Shown: positions 16,871 through 18,781 of the stretch, one piece after another
How positions within the stretch are numbered: position 1 is the stretch's first letter
Layout: every line of letters begins with the position of its first letter
NCBI GenBank assembly: GCA_041746575.1
Contig: JBGTGT010000050.1
Span: 1-18,781, forward strand
From: Microcystaceae cyanobacterium
GTDB taxonomy: Bacteria; Cyanobacteriota; Cyanobacteriia; Cyanobacteriales; Microcystaceae
Length of the DNA stretch: 18,781 nt
Direction of reading: 5' to 3'
Notes under the pieces: generated by a model
Told to the model about the DNA's origin: nothing
The model's database searches: none
The model's input: the letters and a program-made list of their open reading frames with translations, nothing else
Made by a program: the position numbers and the translations under genes

Positions 16871-18589
16871 ATGAGTGATCATCCCCTCGGTTCAGTGATT
16901 CAAGGTTCTCTCAGTGAAGGGTTAGACGTTCGATTATATCCTGATATCTCAGTAGAAGAAATGCGTGTCGGTAAATTTTTAGTGGTACAAGGCGTACGTT
17001 CGCGTTTTTTCTGCCTTTTAACTGATGTAACCCTTGGGACAGCTAATCCTCGTATTTTAGCGAATCCTCCCAGTTTTGAGGATACTTTTATGCGGGATGT
17101 TTTAGCAGGGAGCGGCACTTATGGCATGATCGAATTAGCCCCCATGTTAATGTTTACACCCCTCGAACAAGACCAATCGCTCAGTTTAAAAAAGGAAAAT
17201 AATAGCAACGGTAAGGGAAATTTAGCCTCTTTTGAAGCGCAAACCAGTGATAATATAGAATTATTACCCGTTAAAACTATACCTGCCCATTTCAGCCAAG
17301 TATTTGAAGCCAGTGAAGCCGATTTTCGTTCCGTTTTTGGCTGGGAAGATGATCCTTATCGCCGCAATTTTGCGATCGGTAAACCGCTAGATATGGATGT
17401 CCCTATTTGTATCGATTTAGATCGCTTTGTTGAGCGTAGTAATGGGGTTTTTGGCAAATCAGGAACTGGCAAATCTTTCTTAACTCGGTTGTTAATTTCC
17501 GGCATTATTCGCAAACAGGCGGGGGTGAATCTGATGTTTGATATGCACTCTGAATATGGCTGGGAAGCGATGCAAGAAGGTAAGCGCGTTTCGACTGTTA
17601 AAGGGCTACGTCAATTATTTCCCGGACAAGTAGAAATTTATACCTTAGATACTGAATCAACCCGACGTAGAGGCGTGAGAGATGCCCAAGAATTATACTT
17701 GAGTTACGATCAAATAGAAATTGAAGATATTCGCTTAATCGGCTTTGAACTCGGATTATCTGAAGCCAGTTTAGATAACGCCAATATTCTTTATGCGGAA
17801 TATGGAAAGTCATGGATTATGCAGTTATTAAATATGACAAATGAAGATATTAAGTTATTTTGTACTGAAAAGCAAGGTCATGCTGGATCAATTATGTCTT
17901 TACAGCGAAAATTAATGCGATTGGATACCTTGAAATATTTGAAATCCGTTTGTCCTCATAATTATATTGATCAAATTTTACAGTCTTTAGACGCAGGGAA
18001 GCACGTTGTTATTGAATTTGGTTCTCAATCCAATATGTTATCGTATATGTTGGCAACCAATATGATAACCCGTCGCATTCATAGCAGTTATGTCAAAAAG
18101 GCTGAGAAATTTCTACAAACCAAAAATCCCAGCGATCGCCCCCGTCAATTAGTTATTACCATCGAAGAAGCACACCGTTTCCTAGATTCTAAAATTGTCC
18201 ATCAAACAATTTTCGGTACTATTGCACGGGAGATGCGCAAATATTTTGTAACCCTGTTAATTGTCGATCAAAGACCGTCAGGTATTGACAACGAAGTCAT
18301 GTCTCAAGTGGGAACAAGAATCACTTGTTTACTCAACGATGACAAAGATATCGATGCCATTTTTACAGGAGTTTCAGGAGGGCAAAATTTACGATCTGTC
18401 TTATCAAAATTAGACTCAAAACAACAGGCTTTAGTCTTAGGTCATGCTGTTCCTATGCCAGTTGTAATTAGAACGCGCGCTTATGATCAACAATTCTATG
18501 CTGAAATGGGAGCAATCAATTGGCAAGAAATATCTGATGAAGACTTGTTAGTCTTAGCCGAAAAAGCTAAAGCCGATTTAGGATTTTAA
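16871..18589 (+). CDS. herA: HerA-like (FtsK/HerA, DUF87) ATPase/helicase with N-terminal HAS-barrel
   Basis: N-terminal beta-barrel-like LGSVIQGS..VGKFLVVQG, Walker A GKSGTGKS, FDMHSEYG, Walker B IEEAH, arginine-finger IAREMRKY, and DQRPS. Confidence 0.88.
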   Translation: MSDHPLGSVIQGSLSEGLDVRLYPDISVEEMRVGKFLVVQGVRSRFFCLLTDVTLGTANPRILANPPSFEDTFMRDVLAGSGTYGMIELAPMLMFTPLEQDQSLSLKKENNSNGKGNLASFEAQTSDNIELLPVKTIPAHFSQVFEASEADFRSVFGWEDDPYRRNFAIGKPLDMDVPICIDLDRFVERSNGVFGKSGTGKSFLTRLLISGIIRKQAGVNLMFDMHSEYGWEAMQEGKRVSTVKGLRQLFPGQVEIYTLDTESTRRRGVRDAQELYLSYDQIEIEDIRLIGFELGLSEASLDNANILYAEYGKSWIMQLLNMTNEDIKLFCTEKQGHAGSIMSLQRKLMRLDTLKYLKSVCPHNYIDQILQSLDAGKHVVIEFGSQSNMLSYMLATNMITRRIHSSYVKKAEKFLQTKNPSDRPRQLVITIEEAHRFLDSKIVHQTIFGTIAREMRKYFVTLLIVDQRPSGIDNEVMSQVGTRITCLLNDDKDIDAIFTGVSGGQNLRSVLSKLDSKQQALVLGHAVPMPVVIRTRAYDQQFYAEMGAINWQEISDEDLLVLAEKAKADLGF

Positions 18590-18781
18590 GAGATGATTCT
18601 TGTCGTTTAAGAATTTCATCAGAAATAAATAACCCCCGACCATTCGTGACAACTTAAGAGAATAAAGTAGATGTCAAGAACAGTTTTCCAGTGATTGGAG
18701 GCGGATGGGAAAGAAAGGACTCGCTTTATCCTAAAATAAATCAGAATAAACTATGATTAACTTTCAATGAGTCGAAAAACC

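Larger units (their letters stand above)
23..18139. repeat. Dispersed HIP1 octamers (GCGATCGC), 16 copies counted
   Basis: Exact GCGATCGC starts at 23, 82, 1818, 2473, 3361, 4186, 5315, 6654, 8808, 9778, 10581, 12154, 14586, 16144, 16393 and 18132 (manual count). HIP1 over-representation is a cyanobacterial hallmark. Confidence 0.95.

Noticed and set aside
16313..17813. Minus-strand ORFs 16313-16507, 16900-17118 and 17598-17813
   Set aside because: Antisense shadows of the binding-protein and herA genes.
16871..18589. HerA-based anti-phage system (Sir2-HerA or DUF4297-HerA)
   Set aside because: No Sir2 or nuclease effector gene lies upstream. The gene carries HIP1 and looks like the conserved housekeeping cyanobacterial HerA. 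Context beyond 18781 is not visible.
14923..18656. Inverted 11-mer pair TAAGTTGTCAC (14923-14933) / GTGACAACTTA (18646-18656) as terminal repeats of a mobile element
   Set aside because: An 11-bp match is expected by chance at this scale. There is no transposase and no evident target-site duplication, and the enclosed genes are host-like.
1..18781. CRISPR array, IS/transposase, prophage, tRNA or rRNA
   Set aside because: No regularly spaced repeats, transposase/integrase/phage motifs, cloverleaf or rRNA-like sequence was seen on manual reading.

Overview
Chromosomal window from a cyanobacterium, judged from 16 HIP1 GCGATCGC octamers, fibrillin, DUF1823 and a ThiO-ThiG fusion; it is AT-rich and the species cannot be identified. 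Most of it is ordinary core or semi-core content. In order: SAM methyltransferase, TIGR04282/DUF2064 transferase, DUF1823, EcsC/TerB-like protein, receptor-like Ser/Thr kinase with a periplasmic binding domain, fibrillin, MhpD-like hydratase, probable 6S RNA with a canonical promoter, thiO-thiG, stand-alone PilZ protein, recJ, larE, orphan amino-acid-binding protein and HerA-like ATPase. No transposase, CRISPR array, tRNA or rRNA was seen. The most interesting signal is a possible partly decayed c-di-GMP module. An intact PilZ protein resembling Pseudomonas MapZ/PA4608 lies 23 bp upstream of recJ. A broken '(G)GDEFI-IL' motif lies about 110 bp upstream of it, and a GGDEF C-terminal pseudogene fragment lies about 4.3 kb downstream. 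Several operator-like palindromes, intergenic hairpins and a truncated DUF2809-like ORF were also found. All family calls come from motif recognition by eye; no database search was run.
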